Assembly (NCBI GenBank): GCA_965199855.1
Contig: OZ241326.1
Coordinates: 2,048,001 to 2,112,000 of the forward strand
Direction: 5' to 3'
Source: a bacterium
Lineage (GTDB): Bacteria > UBA8248
DNA: 64,000 nucleotides
Every line of letters begins with the position of its first letter. Position 1 is the stretch's first letter. This document shows, one piece after another, positions 38,350 through 48,806 of this stretch. A model generated the notes under the pieces. The model worked only from the letters and a program-made list of their open reading frames with translations. It had not been told where the DNA came from and searched no databases. Position numbers and translations under genes: made by a program.

Positions 38350-39441
38350 TCACCCGATGATCTTGAGTTCGGGCGCGGCCACCGGCCCCGACGCGTTGGC
38401 GATGGCGACCTGCTCGGCCACCTTTCTCGCCGCCTCCCGAAACGCCATGGCCACGGGATGCGCGGGTTCTCCCGCCACGACGGGCGTCCCGCAGTCTCCC
38501 CCCCTCCGCACCTTGATATCCAGCGGAATCGCGCCCAGGAAGGGCGTCTCGTAGCGTCGGGAGGCGCGCTCCCCGCCGCCGGTGTCGAAAATGTCCTCGC
38601 GGCGCCCGCACCCGGGACACTGGTAGTAGCTCATGTTCTCGATGATGCCGAGGATGGGCACGTCCGTCTTCCGGAACATCTGGAGGCCCTTGCGCGCGTC
38701 GAGCAGGGCGATGTCCTGGGGCGTGCTGACGATGACGGCGCCCGCCAGCGAGACCTGCTGGACGATGGTGAGCTGCGCGTCCCCGGTGCCGGGCGGCAAA
38801 TCGAGAATGAGGTAGTCGAGATCCCCCCAGATCGTCTCGCTCAGAAACTGCACCAGCGCGCGCATGACCATGGGGCCGCGCCAGATGACGGGGCTGTCCT
38901 CGTCCACCAGAAACCCCATCGACATGACCTTCAGGCCGTGCGCCTCGAGGGGGCGTATCTTGTTCTCCCCCTCGGCCATGGGCCGCGCCTCGGGAATTCC
39001 CAGCATCAGGGGCTGGCTCGGCCCGTAGATGTCGGCGTCCAGCACGCCGACCCTGGCACCCTCCATGCTCAGGGAGAGGGCGACGTTCGCGGCCACGGTC
39101 GATTTGCCCACGCCGCCCTTGCCGCTCGCCACGGCGATCATGTTCTTCACGCCCTCGACGGCCATCTTGCCGGCCATGGAGGTCCGCGCCATGACGCGGC
39201 TCGTCACGCGCACGTTCACCGCGCTCACGCCCGCCAGGGCGCCCACGGCCAGCTTGCACTCGCGCTCGAACTCCTCCTTGCGCGGATGCGCGGGCGTGGT
39301 CAGTTCCAGGGTGAAGGCGACCGCGTCCCCGCAAATCTGGACGTCCTTGATCATGTTGAGGCTCACGAGGTCTTTTCCGATCTCGGGGTCCCGCACGCCC
39401 CCGAGAGCCTCCAGAACCCGGGCTTCCGTCGCTTCCGACAT
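38350..39441 (-). CDS. apbC: Mrp/ApbC/NBP35 Fe-S cluster carrier ATPase
   Basis: N-terminal DUF59 (DPEI), SGKGGVGKST, WRGPM, DLPPGTGD, ENMS..CPGC. Confidence 0.95.
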   Translation of the reverse strand: MSEATEARVLEALGGVRDPEIGKDLVSLNMIKDVQICGDAVAFTLELTTPAHPRKEEFERECKLAVGALAGVSAVNVRVTSRVMARTSMAGKMAVEGVKNMIAVASGKGGVGKSTVAANVALSLSMEGARVGVLDADIYGPSQPLMLGIPEARPMAEGENKIRPLEAHGLKVMSMGFLVDEDSPVIWRGPMVMRALVQFLSETIWGDLDYLILDLPPGTGDAQLTIVQQVSLAGAVIVSTPQDIALLDARKGLQMFRKTDVPILGIIENMSYYQCPGCGRREDIFDTGGGERASRRYETPFLGAIPLDIKVRRGGDCGTPVVAGEPAHPVAMAFREAARKVAEQVAIANASGPVAAPELKIIG

Positions 39442-39616
39442 TGCGGAATCCTCTGGAACGAAAGGGAAGTTTCATGGAAAATCACGCGGGGCGGGGCGCT
39501 CTCCCCGCGCCGCCCTCCCCTTATCTCCCGTCTTCGTTTCGGTGTCAAACGACAAAGACGGACGGAGCGGGCGGGCGCCGCGGGCGCGCGGGTTCGGCGA
39601 AAAACCCCGCGCGCGG

Positions 39617-39645
39617 TTGACGCATCGGCTCCGCCTCATTATTTT
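39617..39645 (+). promoter_or_regulatory. Putative sigma70 promoter of etfBA
   Basis: TTGACG-N17-TATTTT. Confidence 0.4.
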
Positions 39646-39730
39646 GAGGCCGTCTCATGCCGTCGATTCCGCGCGCGTCCGGGCGGCCGCGCGGCGGACC
39701 CGCGGCGGCGAAAGCGAGGAGAGCCGACCC

Positions 39731-40531
39731 TTGGACATCATCGTCTGCGTCAAGCAGGTGCAGGACCCGGACATCCCCCCCCGCGACTTCAGTGTCGACG
39801 AGGAGCGGATGGACGTCATCGCGCCCGCGAACGTCTCGCCCGTCATCAACGGCTTCTGCGAGAACGCCGTCGAGGCGGCCATCAGCCTCAAGGAGGCGCA
39901 CGGCGGAAAAGTCACCGTGATGACGGTGGGCGATGAGAAGGCCAGGGACGGCCTGAAGAAATGCCTCGCCATGGGCTGCGACGAGGCCGTCCTGCTCGAG
40001 GACGAGGCATTCGAGGGCTCCGACGCCTTCGGCGCGGCGCGGATTCTCGCCGCCGCCATCCGCAAACTGGAGGGCTTCGACGCGATTCTCTGCGGCAGGC
40101 TGAGCAGCGACTGGAGCTACGGCGCCACCGCCCTCGCCCTCGCCGAGGCGCTCGACCTCCCCAGCGTGAGCCAGCTGCAGAAGGTGGAGAAGACCGAGGG
40201 CGGCCTGCTGTGCGAGCGCGCCCTGGAGGACGGCGTGGAGGTCGTCGAGGTCTCGACGCCCTGCCTGCTCACCGCCAGCAACGAGCTCAACGCGCCGCGC
40301 CTGCCCTCGGTCAAGGGAATCCTCATGGCCTCGCGCAAGCAGATTCCCGTCTGGGGCGCGGAGGATATCGGAATCGACCGCGGCCTGGTCGGAGGGGAGG
40401 CCGCCACCTTCGAGGTCACCAGGCTCTACCAGCCGGTGTTCGACGGAAACTGCGAGTTCATCGAGGGCGAATCGCTCGAGGAGGCGGCCGGTGCCCTGGC
40501 GCTTCGCCTCCGAGAAGACAAGATCATCTAG
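39731..40531 (+). CDS. etfB: Electron transfer flavoprotein beta subunit
   Basis: IIVCVKQV.D, LAMGCD, CGRLSSD, NAPRLPS; TTG start after GAGGAG. Confidence 0.93.
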   Translation: MDIIVCVKQVQDPDIPPRDFSVDEERMDVIAPANVSPVINGFCENAVEAAISLKEAHGGKVTVMTVGDEKARDGLKKCLAMGCDEAVLLEDEAFEGSDAFGAARILAAAIRKLEGFDAILCGRLSSDWSYGATALALAEALDLPSVSQLQKVEKTEGGLLCERALEDGVEVVEVSTPCLLTASNELNAPRLPSVKGILMASRKQIPVWGAEDIGIDRGLVGGEAATFEVTRLYQPVFDGNCEFIEGESLEEAAGALALRLREDKII

Positions 40532-40548
40532 GGAGAAAGCGCGCCGCC

Positions 40549-41541
40549 ATGTCGAACGACGTCCTCATCCTCGCCGAGCGCGCGGGGGAGAAGCTCGCGC
40601 TCGTGAGCAGCGAGCTCTGCGGAATCGGGCGCAAGCTCGCCGACGAGCGGGGAGGCTCCCTCTCCGCCCTTCTGCTCGGCGGCGCCGGCGCGGGGGAGCT
40701 GGCGAAGGGGCTCATCGCCCTGGGCGCCGACAGGGCGCTGGCGGCCGAGTCGGAGATTCTGGCGGGCTACACGAACGCGGCGTATCTCAAGGTCATCGAC
40801 GCCGTCCTCGAGGAGGAGGGCCCGGGCGTCTTCCTGGTCGCCAACACCTCCGTCGGGCGCGACGTGGCGCCCCGGCTCGCCTTCCGCCGCGGCGCCTGCT
40901 ACGCCCACGACTGCACCGACCTCATGATCGAGGAGGGCAGGCTCGCCGCCGTCCGTCCGGTGCACGGGGGCAGCGCCGTCAGCCACGTCCGCTCGAGGAC
41001 GGAGGCGCTCTCCATCGCCTCCACGCGCGCGAAGGCCCTGCCCCTGGCGGAGGTTCAGGAGGGCCGCGAGGGAGAGTTCGTGGAAATCGGCGTCTCGGTG
41101 GACGCGGACGAGATCAGGATGAACTTCGTCGAGGCGAAGCGGGTGGAGGCCGGCGGCGTCCGCCTGGAAGACGCGGAAATCGTCGTGAGCGGCGGCCGGG
41201 GCCTCGGCGGGCCGGAGAATTTCGAGCAGCTCCGGGAGCTCGCCAAAGTCCTCAAGGCGGCCGTGGGCGCGAGCCGCGCCGCCGTGGACGCCGGCTGGGT
41301 TCCGACGCCCATGCAGGTGGGCCAGACGGGCAAGATCGTGAGTCCGAACCTCTACATCGCCGTCGGCATCTCCGGCGCCATGCAGCACATGGTCGGCGCG
41401 GGGCCGAGCAAGAACATCGTGGCCATCAACACGGACGCCGAGGCGCCCATCTTCCAGCGCGCGCGCTACGGCATCGTGGGAGACTACAAGAAGGTCATCC
41501 CCGCGCTGACGGAAAAATTCCGGGAGCTGATGAACTCCTGA
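40549..41541 (+). CDS. etfA: Electron transfer flavoprotein alpha subunit
   Basis: VVSGGRG, GASRAAVDAGW, QVGQTGK, GISGAMQH, AINTD. Confidence 0.96.
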   Translation: MSNDVLILAERAGEKLALVSSELCGIGRKLADERGGSLSALLLGGAGAGELAKGLIALGADRALAAESEILAGYTNAAYLKVIDAVLEEEGPGVFLVANTSVGRDVAPRLAFRRGACYAHDCTDLMIEEGRLAAVRPVHGGSAVSHVRSRTEALSIASTRAKALPLAEVQEGREGEFVEIGVSVDADEIRMNFVEAKRVEAGGVRLEDAEIVVSGGRGLGGPENFEQLRELAKVLKAAVGASRAAVDAGWVPTPMQVGQTGKIVSPNLYIAVGISGAMQHMVGAGPSKNIVAINTDAEAPIFQRARYGIVGDYKKVIPALTEKFRELMNS

Positions 41542-41545
41542 ACCC

Positions 41546-42280
41546 TCAGACGAGCGGCTGATACGCCCAGACCACGCGGCCCACGATTCTCTCGCCCGGC
41601 TCCTCCCCGTCCAGATCGATGTAGGCGACCTTCTCCTCGCGGTTCTCCGGCACCAGCCACAGGCGGGGCGGCGTCCACTGGAGCCGCTTGAGCGTGCACC
41701 CGCCGGACTCGTCGCGAACCGCATAGACCCCTTCGGGGACGATCGCCTTGTCGCGGCGGTCGATGGCGACCACGGCGCCCGGCTGTATCAGGGGCACCAT
41801 GCTGCGGCCCATCTCCCTGTCCACCCGCACAGACACCAGGTCGCCGCGCCCGGCGATCTGGGAGACGTGGATGACGGCGTATTCCTCTATCGCCTCGTCC
41901 ACGATTCTCGCGCTGCCCGCCGCGATGGAGCCGGACACCAGGGGCACGGCGCGAAACTCCGCGTCGTCCACCCTGCCCGGCGTCTGGAGGTTGTCGCTCA
42001 TGGAGAAGACGACGCCCAGAGGCTCGACGCCGGGAGCCTCGCGCGCCCCGGCGCGCCCCAGCAGCCAGTCGAGGGAGACGTCGAGCGCCTTCGCTATCTC
42101 GAAGATCCGGCTCGCGCCGGGCTCGTTCTCCCCCTCCTCGTAGCGGGTGAGGTTCGCCCAGGTGACGCCCGCGGCGCGCGCCAGCCGGTTGCGGTTCCAC
42201 CCCCTGCGGGCGCGGGCGCGCGCGATGCGGCGGCCCAGTTCGAGGGCGTATCCAGAGCGGGATCGGGGGCTTTTGGCCAT
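41546..42280 (-). CDS. XRE/CI-like repressor with HTH and S24 peptidase domains
   Basis: N-terminal HTH (LARAAGV...YEEG...IAKALDVSLDWL), IAAG cleavage-like site, GRSMVP (Ser) and TLKRL (Lys). Confidence 0.87.
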   Translation of the reverse strand: MAKSPRSRSGYALELGRRIARARARRGWNRNRLARAAGVTWANLTRYEEGENEPGASRIFEIAKALDVSLDWLLGRAGAREAPGVEPLGVVFSMSDNLQTPGRVDDAEFRAVPLVSGSIAAGSARIVDEAIEEYAVIHVSQIAGRGDLVSVRVDREMGRSMVPLIQPGAVVAIDRRDKAIVPEGVYAVRDESGGCTLKRLQWTPPRLWLVPENREEKVAYIDLDGEEPGERIVGRVVWAYQPLV

Positions 42281-42417
42281 GGGCTTCAAGGGGAGCCGAA
42301 CCGCTCCCCTTCCCGGGGCGGAGGTCGCTGGGAGGCGTTCAGCCTAGCATTTTCGCCGCCCGCCGCAAAGGGGGACGCTCGCCCCGAAGGCGCCGCGCCC
42401 CCCGAAGCGCGCGCGGC

Positions 42418-43107
42418 CTAGTCGTCCAGAACCGCCACGGCGCGGACGGGGCTGCCCGTCCCCTCGCGGAACTTGAGCGGCAGGGCGATGAACTGGAACT
42501 CGCCCCCGCCCAGCAACGCCTCCAGATTGCACAGGCTCTCCAGGTGGGTGATGCCCCTCTCCCAGCAGGTCTTGTGCACCAGGGCGTTCACGTCCCCCTC
42601 TGGGCCGGGGCGCATGGAGTCGATGCCGAAGTGGACGATTCCCTGATCGGCGAGCCACTCGGTCGCCTCCACATTGACGCCCGGATTGTCCGTCGAATAC
42701 GCCTTCGTCGGGTAGGTGCGGGCGTGGTGGCCCGTGCAGAGCAGAATCGTGCCGCCCTTGGGGACGGAGAGGCCGGTCTTCCCCACCGCCTCGTCGAGCG
42801 CGCCGGAGCCGATCTCCGCCCTGGGCGCGACGTGCCGCAGGTCGATGCAGATGCCGCGGACGATGCAATGCTCCAGGGGATACTCGTTCATCGGCATGGC
42901 GTCCCGGTGGAAGTGGCGCGGCGCGTCCAGGTGGGTGGTGCCGTGCTCGGGCATGGTGACGAAGTTCAGCGCGTTTCCCCAGACGCCGCCGGAATCGCGG
43001 AAGGCGTCCTCGTGGTTCTTCCACTCGGCGTAGAGGATGGGCGGCTGGCCCGGATACGCGGGCGCGCGGTGATAGACCTCCCGCGCGAGATCGACGATGG
43101 TCGGCAT
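42418..43107 (-). CDS. Cyclase / kynurenine formamidase family metallohydrolase
   Basis: EHGTTHLDAPRH, GIDS, HLESL, GSPVRAVA. Confidence 0.9.
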   Translation of the reverse strand: MPTIVDLAREVYHRAPAYPGQPPILYAEWKNHEDAFRDSGGVWGNALNFVTMPEHGTTHLDAPRHFHRDAMPMNEYPLEHCIVRGICIDLRHVAPRAEIGSGALDEAVGKTGLSVPKGGTILLCTGHHARTYPTKAYSTDNPGVNVEATEWLADQGIVHFGIDSMRPGPEGDVNALVHKTCWERGITHLESLCNLEALLGGGEFQFIALPLKFREGTGSPVRAVAVLDD

Positions 43108-43127
43108 GGCTTCCTCTCCTTTCGCGC

Positions 43128-44369
43128 CTATGCGGCGCAGCGCAGTATGTGCAGTCCGTGGTTCTTGTCCGTCACGTAGATCACCCCGCGCCTGTCCACG
43201 ATGACGTCCTCGCTCTGGGTGACGAGCGTCTTCGGCAGCATTCCGAGCCGCCTCTTCGGGTCTTCGGGGATGTAGTGGGCTATCTCGCGCGGGTGAACGG
43301 GCTCCGAAACGTCATAGACGCGCAGCCCCGCGTTGAAGTAGGTGAGATAGACGCGATCCTCCCTCCGCTCCAGGCAGTCGAGCCCCTGCGCGTGGTGCTG
43401 GTTGTGGGGGCCGAAGCGCCCGCCCCGCTCGCAGAAGCTCCTGTGGGAGTAGCCGGGCGGCGGCTCGGGCACCGGGAAGAGCGCCATGAGGCGAGGCGCC
43501 GCCTCGTCCCCGATGTCGATGATGGCCGTATAGTTGAGCGGCTCGTCGCAGTTCTCCTTGAGCGCCTCGCTGTTGATGACGGCGAACCCGCGCCCAGGGT
43601 AGGGATACGCCGTGTGCACGGCGATGGCGCTTCCCAGCGGCGGATAGACGCTGAAGCGGCTGACGAGCCTGGGGCTGGCGACGTCCTCGATATCCACGAT
43701 GACGAACCCGCCGCGCGCGTAGGGCAGGTAGGCCCTCCCGTTCTCCGCGTGGGCCGGCCCGTGCTGGAACACGCGCATCCCCTCGCTCCAGTCGTCCGGC
43801 GCTCCGGCCTCGCCGCCCTCCTGCTCCGGCAGCCAGAAGCGGCCCGCCTCCTTCGGGCTTCGGGGATCCTCCAGGTCGAGAATGCGGTAGATGTTCCCCT
43901 CGTAGCCCGGCGCGCAGGCGGACAGATGGGCGTAGCGGCCGACGTTGTAGAAATTCCTGTGCGTGCCGCCGGCGCCCGTTCGCCAGTGGGAGAGCAGCTC
44001 GGGCCGGGCGGGGTCCTTCTCCACGTCCCAGATATAGACGCCCTCGGCCTCGGGCGGATCATCCGGCCTGGGGCCCCAGCCGGGCGGGATTTTCTCGAGC
44101 GAGGTGAGGAGCAGGCCGTCCGCCGCCTGCACCTGAAGGGTCCAGGTGTTGTCGGGGCCCTCGATGAAGCCCAGCAGCTCCGGCGCCTCGGGCGCCGTCA
44201 CGTCCAGAACGCTCCAGCCGCTCACCCAGAAGTGCGAGAGATACAGATAAAAGCGTCCGCCCGCCTCCTGAATCGCCGTCTTGAAGGCGGGGCGATCCTC
44301 GAGGTCGTGATAGGCGACCAGCTCCATATTCTCGGCGCTCAGAACCCCGGGCGCCCCCGCGCGGCTCAT
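43128..44369 (-). CDS. LVIVD-repeat beta-propeller protein
   Basis: Repeated hydrophobic-D-x-x-x-P units (SVLDVTAP, RILDLEDP, VIVDIEDV, RVYDVSEP); GRFGPHN. Confidence 0.8.
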   Translation of the reverse strand: MSRAGAPGVLSAENMELVAYHDLEDRPAFKTAIQEAGGRFYLYLSHFWVSGWSVLDVTAPEAPELLGFIEGPDNTWTLQVQAADGLLLTSLEKIPPGWGPRPDDPPEAEGVYIWDVEKDPARPELLSHWRTGAGGTHRNFYNVGRYAHLSACAPGYEGNIYRILDLEDPRSPKEAGRFWLPEQEGGEAGAPDDWSEGMRVFQHGPAHAENGRAYLPYARGGFVIVDIEDVASPRLVSRFSVYPPLGSAIAVHTAYPYPGRGFAVINSEALKENCDEPLNYTAIIDIGDEAAPRLMALFPVPEPPPGYSHRSFCERGGRFGPHNQHHAQGLDCLERREDRVYLTYFNAGLRVYDVSEPVHPREIAHYIPEDPKRRLGMLPKTLVTQSEDVIVDRRGVIYVTDKNHGLHILRCAA

Positions 44370-44712
44370 CCCGTCCTCACGAAATGCGTCCCCCGACCCT
44401 TTCGCCGGAAGCGATCGGGAGAAAACTTCGCGTGAATTCACGTCCGAACAACGCCCTATCTACCCCAGCGCGTCGCGGCGGTAAAGTCCTCCGGCGATTT
44501 TCCCGCGCGAAAGCGGAACGGCGCGCGGGCGACCTTTCCGGGAGACGATGATATATTCGGCTGGCGCCCGTCGGCGCGGCGAAAGCCGGAATGACGATAA
44601 AAAGCGGCGAACGGGAGCCACCGCCGCGGCCTTTGCGGCCGGGCGGACGAGGAGCCGCGCCTCAGGCGGGGCGGCGAGTAGAGGCCGCCCGGGACGGGAG
44701 GACGAGGAGAGG

Positions 44713-45477
44713 ATGAGCGCGCCCGGCGCGGACCTGAGCGGCAGGACGGCCTGCGTCACCGGCGGCGGGCAGGGGCTCGGCGCCTCCATCGCCCTCGCCC
44801 TGGCGGAGGCGGGGGCGGACGTCGCGCTCGTGGGCCGTCGGCCGGAGCCTCTGGCGGAGGTCGCGCGCCGGTGCGAAAAATCCGGCGTCCGGGCGCGGCC
44901 CGCCGTCTGCGACGTGCGCGATTCGGGCCGCGTGAACGCCCTCTTCGGGCAGATCCACAAGGAGCTGGGCGGCCCGCACGTTCTCGTGAACAGCGCGGGG
45001 GCGCTGCTTTCCGGCCCCGTTCTCGAAACGACGGATGAGATGTGGCGCGACGCCCTCGACTCGAACCTGAGCGGGACGTTCTACTGCTGCCGCGCCGCCG
45101 TCCGCTTCATGCTGGAGGCGGGCGAAGGCAAAATCATCAACCTGGGATCGAGCGCCGGCAGCCGGGGCCGCCCCGGTCAGACGGCCTACGCAGCCTCCAA
45201 GGCCGGCGTGGCGGGACTCACGAAGGCGCTCGCCGTCGAGCTGGCGGAGAGGAACGTTCAGGTCAACTGCATCGCGCCGGGCCGCTTCCGCACGCCGATG
45301 ACGGCCGCGCGCATCGCCGACCCCGAGCGGAGCGAGGCGTTTCTGCGCTACGTGCCGGCGAACCGCTACGGGGAGCCGGAGGAAATCCGCGCCCTCGCGC
45401 TCTATCTCGCCGGCCCCTGGAGCGGCTACCTGACGGGGCAGACGATATATCTCGACGGCGGCGCGAGCGCCCTCTAG
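44713..45477 (+). CDS. Classical SDR oxidoreductase
   Basis: TGGGQGLG, NSAG, YAASK, NCIAPG. Confidence 0.92.
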   Translation: MSAPGADLSGRTACVTGGGQGLGASIALALAEAGADVALVGRRPEPLAEVARRCEKSGVRARPAVCDVRDSGRVNALFGQIHKELGGPHVLVNSAGALLSGPVLETTDEMWRDALDSNLSGTFYCCRAAVRFMLEAGEGKIINLGSSAGSRGRPGQTAYAASKAGVAGLTKALAVELAERNVQVNCIAPGRFRTPMTAARIADPERSEAFLRYVPANRYGEPEEIRALALYLAGPWSGYLTGQTIYLDGGASAL

Positions 45478-46268
45478 AGCCGCACCGCGTCGCACCGCCC
45501 CCCGTCCACGTTCAGGGATTCGCCCGTAACGTTCGAGGCAAGCCCGGAGACGAGGAACAGGGCGGCGTTCGCGCAGTCCTCGGGGCGCGTGAGGCGGCCC
45601 ATGGGCAGCTCGGCGCGCCTTTCCGCGTCCACCTCCTCGTACGCGCGGTTCGTCAGCTCCGCGACGCGCGCGGTCTGCCGTACGTATCGGGGGGTGTCCG
45701 TCGTTCCGGGGTTGACGAGGTTCACGCGGATGTTCTCGGGCGCGAGCCGGCGGGCGAGCTGGTGCTTGTAGGCGGCGAGCCCGGCGTTCGATACGCAGCC
45801 GGAGCCGTGATATTCCGAGGTGTGGACGTGGCTCAGGCCCGAGAAATAGACGATGCTCCCCCCGCCCCGCTCCTTCATGCGGGGAATGACGGCCGTCGTC
45901 AGGCGGATGGCGGCGCGCAGCTTGAGGTCGATGGCGAGGTCGATGTCCTCGTCCGTCGTCTCCACCGGGTCGGAGCGCCTGCTCACGCCGGCGGCGTGGA
46001 CGAGGAAATCCACGCCTCCCAGGCGCGCGCGGGTCTCCTCGACCACGGCTTCCGTCCGGCCCGGGGCGGTGAGGTCGCCCACCATGGCCTCCGCGCGCCC
46101 GCCGGCGGCGGCGATTCCGGAGGCGGTCTCCCGCAGGTTCTCTTCGCTTCGGGCGGTGAGGGCGACCGAGGCGCCCGCCCGCGCGAGCGTTCTGGCGCAC
46201 GCCTGTCCGATTCCCTGGCTCGCGCCCGTCACCAGGGCGATTTTTCCGCTCAGGTCTATGGCGATCAT
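45474..46268 (-). CDS. Atypical SDR oxidoreductase
   Basis: TGASQGIG, VNLVNPG, TGESLNVDGG; GCVSN replaces YxxxK. Confidence 0.88.
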   Translation of the reverse strand: MIAIDLSGKIALVTGASQGIGQACARTLARAGASVALTARSEENLRETASGIAAAGGRAEAMVGDLTAPGRTEAVVEETRARLGGVDFLVHAAGVSRRSDPVETTDEDIDLAIDLKLRAAIRLTTAVIPRMKERGGGSIVYFSGLSHVHTSEYHGSGCVSNAGLAAYKHQLARRLAPENIRVNLVNPGTTDTPRYVRQTARVAELTNRAYEEVDAERRAELPMGRLTRPEDCANAALFLVSGLASNVTGESLNVDGGRCDAVRL

Positions 46269-46450
46269 CAACTCCTCCTTCCCTGCGATAGGAACGGCGC
46301 CCGCCCTCTCCCCCTTCCGGTCGGGGCGTCCGGCCCGAAAGCCGGGGCGAAATCTCCCCGCCCCGAAAGCCTCCGCCCGCGCGCTGGATTTTCGCGGCGG
46401 CTTCCCATATACCACTTCCCGTTCGGAGACGCTCACGGAGGCGGCGCCCC

Positions 46451-47689
46451 ATGGCGAAGAAAAGCATAGCGGACGTGGAGGTTCGCGGCAGGCGCGCGCT
46501 CATGCGCGTGGACTTCAACGTCCCCCAGGACGCGGACGGCCGCATCGCCGACGACCGCAGAATCCGCATGGCGATCCCCACGATGCGCCGCATTCTGGAG
46601 GGCGGCGGCCGCCTCGTCCTCATCAGCCATCTGGGACGCCCGAAGGGAGACGACCCGCGGGCCGACGCGAGATGGACGCTCGCCCCCGTCGCCGCGCGGC
46701 TGGGGGAGCTCCTCGGCGAGAGCGCCGCCTTCGCCGGGGACTGCGTGGGGCCGCCCGCCGAGAGCGCGGTCGCCGCGCTTGCGGACGGCGCCTGCTGCCT
46801 CCTCGAGAACCTGCGCTTCCACAAGGCCGAGCGCATAACGGACGAGGCGGCGGCGCGCGACCCCGCCCTGCGGGAGGAGAAGGACGCCTTCGCGCGGGCA
46901 CTGGCCTCGCTCGCCGACCTCTACGTGAACGACGCCTTCGGCGCCTGCCACCGCGACAACGCGAGCATGGTCGCCGTTCCGGCGATGATGGACGGCAGTC
47001 CCCGCGTCGCGGGGCTTCTGCTCGAAAGGGAGCTGCGCTACCTGGACGGCGCGCTCAACCGCCCGAAGCGGCCCTTCGTCGCCGTCGTCGGCGGCAAGAA
47101 GGTGTCCGACAAGATGGCGGTCATCGAGACGCTCCTGGGAAAATGCGACAGGGTGCTCATCGGCGGGGCCATGGCCTTCACCTTCATGCGGGCGAACGGC
47201 CGGGAGACGGGCGCGAGCCTCGTGGAGGAGGAGAGAATCGAGGCGGCCCGCCGCCTGCAGGCCATCGGGGGGGAGAGGCTCGTTCTGCCGCGGGACGTAG
47301 TCGCCGCGCGCGCCATCAAGGCGGGGGCGGAGCGCGGGGTTTTCGAGGGTGACGTCCCGGAGGGGATGGCGGGCCTCGACATCGGCCCCGAATCCGCGGC
47401 CCGCTTCTCGCAAATCATCGCCGGGGCGAAGACCATCGCCTGGAACGGCCCCATGGGCGTCTTCGAGACCAAGCCCTTCGACGCGGGCACGCTCGCCGTC
47501 GCCGAAGCCCTCGCGCGGGCGACGAAAGGCGGGGCGACCACCGTCGTCGGCGGCGGCGACAGCGCGGCGGCGGTCGAGGCGGCCGGGCTGGGCGCGGAGG
47601 TCAGCCACGTGAGCACGGGCGGCGGGGCGAGCCTCGAATTCATGGAGGGCAAATCGTTCCGCGCCGTAGAGCTCCTCGATGACGCATAG
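46451..47689 (+). CDS. pgk: Phosphoglycerate kinase
   Basis: RVDFNVP, SHLGRP, LENLRF, NDAFG..HR, WNGPMGVFE, HVSTGGGASLE. Confidence 0.97.
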   Translation: MAKKSIADVEVRGRRALMRVDFNVPQDADGRIADDRRIRMAIPTMRRILEGGGRLVLISHLGRPKGDDPRADARWTLAPVAARLGELLGESAAFAGDCVGPPAESAVAALADGACCLLENLRFHKAERITDEAAARDPALREEKDAFARALASLADLYVNDAFGACHRDNASMVAVPAMMDGSPRVAGLLLERELRYLDGALNRPKRPFVAVVGGKKVSDKMAVIETLLGKCDRVLIGGAMAFTFMRANGRETGASLVEEERIEAARRLQAIGGERLVLPRDVVAARAIKAGAERGVFEGDVPEGMAGLDIGPESAARFSQIIAGAKTIAWNGPMGVFETKPFDAGTLAVAEALARATKGGATTVVGGGDSAAAVEAAGLGAEVSHVSTGGGASLEFMEGKSFRAVELLDDA

Positions 47690-47770
47690 ACGAACGCCGC
47701 CCGGACGCGGCATAATCCCGCCGCCGCGGGAATCCCGTGCCCCCGGCCCTCCTTTCAGGGACGAAGCCGC

Positions 47771-48784
47771 ATGAAGAACAGCATTCTGGAGGCCATCGGC
47801 GACACGCCCATCGTCCGGCTGAACGCCATCGGCGCCGACGTGGAGTCGGAGCTCTTCGTCAAGGTCGAATACATGAACCCCGGCCTCTCGGTGAAGGATC
47901 GCATCGCCCGGCGCATCGTCGAGGACGCGGAGCGAAGGGGCGCGCTCGCCCCCGGCGGCACGATTGTCGAGGCCACCTCGGGGAACACCGGCGCGGGGCT
48001 CGCCCTCGTCGCCGCCGTCAAGGGCTACAAGTGCGTCTTCGTCATGCCCGACAAGATGAGCCAAGAGAAGCGGGACAGGCTTCGCGCCTACGGCGCGCGG
48101 GTCATCGTGACGCCCACGGTCGCCCTCGACGACCCCGAGAGCCACTACTGCGTCGCGCGCCGCATCGTGGAGGAGACGCCCAACGCCATCCTGGCGAACC
48201 AGTACAACAACCCCAACAATCCCGAATCCCACTACCGCATGACGGGCCCCGAGATATGGAGGCAGACGGGCGGCGACTTCGACGCCTTCGTCGCCGGCCT
48301 CGGCACCGGCGGCACCATCTCGGGCATCGGCAGGTTTCTCAAGGAGAAGAACCCCGCCGTCAAAATCATCGGCGTGGACCCCATCGGCTCGATCCTCTAC
48401 GGCCTCTTTCACGGGGAGCGGGCGCCGAAGGCGGAATCCTACCGGACCGAGGGAATCGGCGAGAGCTTCAAGCCGGAGACGCTCAGCTTCGAGAACGTCG
48501 ACGAAATCGTGCGGGTCGCCGACGGCGAATCCCTCCGCATGGCGCGAAGGCTGGCGCGGGAGGAGGGCGTCCTGGCGGGGGGCTCGGCGGGCGGGGCGGT
48601 TATGGGCGCGCTGCGATACGCGAGGTCGCTGGCGAAGCCCGAGCGCGTCGTCACCCTGCTGCCGGACTCGGGCATGTTCTACCTCAGCAAGGTTTTCTCG
48701 GATGAATGGATGGCGGCCAACGGCTTCCTGGAGGAAGCCGGGGAGGAGGCCGCCGCCCCGGACGCGCCCGCGAAAGCCGAATGA
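47771..48784 (+). CDS. Cystathionine beta-synthase / cysteine synthase family PLP enzyme
   Basis: NPGLSVKDR, EATSGNTG, MPDKMSQEK, GTGGT, EGIGE, YLSK; no CBS-domain tail. Confidence 0.92.
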   Translation: MKNSILEAIGDTPIVRLNAIGADVESELFVKVEYMNPGLSVKDRIARRIVEDAERRGALAPGGTIVEATSGNTGAGLALVAAVKGYKCVFVMPDKMSQEKRDRLRAYGARVIVTPTVALDDPESHYCVARRIVEETPNAILANQYNNPNNPESHYRMTGPEIWRQTGGDFDAFVAGLGTGGTISGIGRFLKEKNPAVKIIGVDPIGSILYGLFHGERAPKAESYRTEGIGESFKPETLSFENVDEIVRVADGESLRMARRLAREEGVLAGGSAGGAVMGALRYARSLAKPERVVTLLPDSGMFYLSKVFSDEWMAANGFLEEAGEEAAAPDAPAKAE

Positions 48785-48806
48785 ATCCCCTCGCTCGGCA
48801 AGCGAA

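Noticed and set aside
41546-42417. Prophage or integrative element around the CI-like repressor
   Set aside because: No integrase, att-like repeats, structural genes or compositional shift seen.
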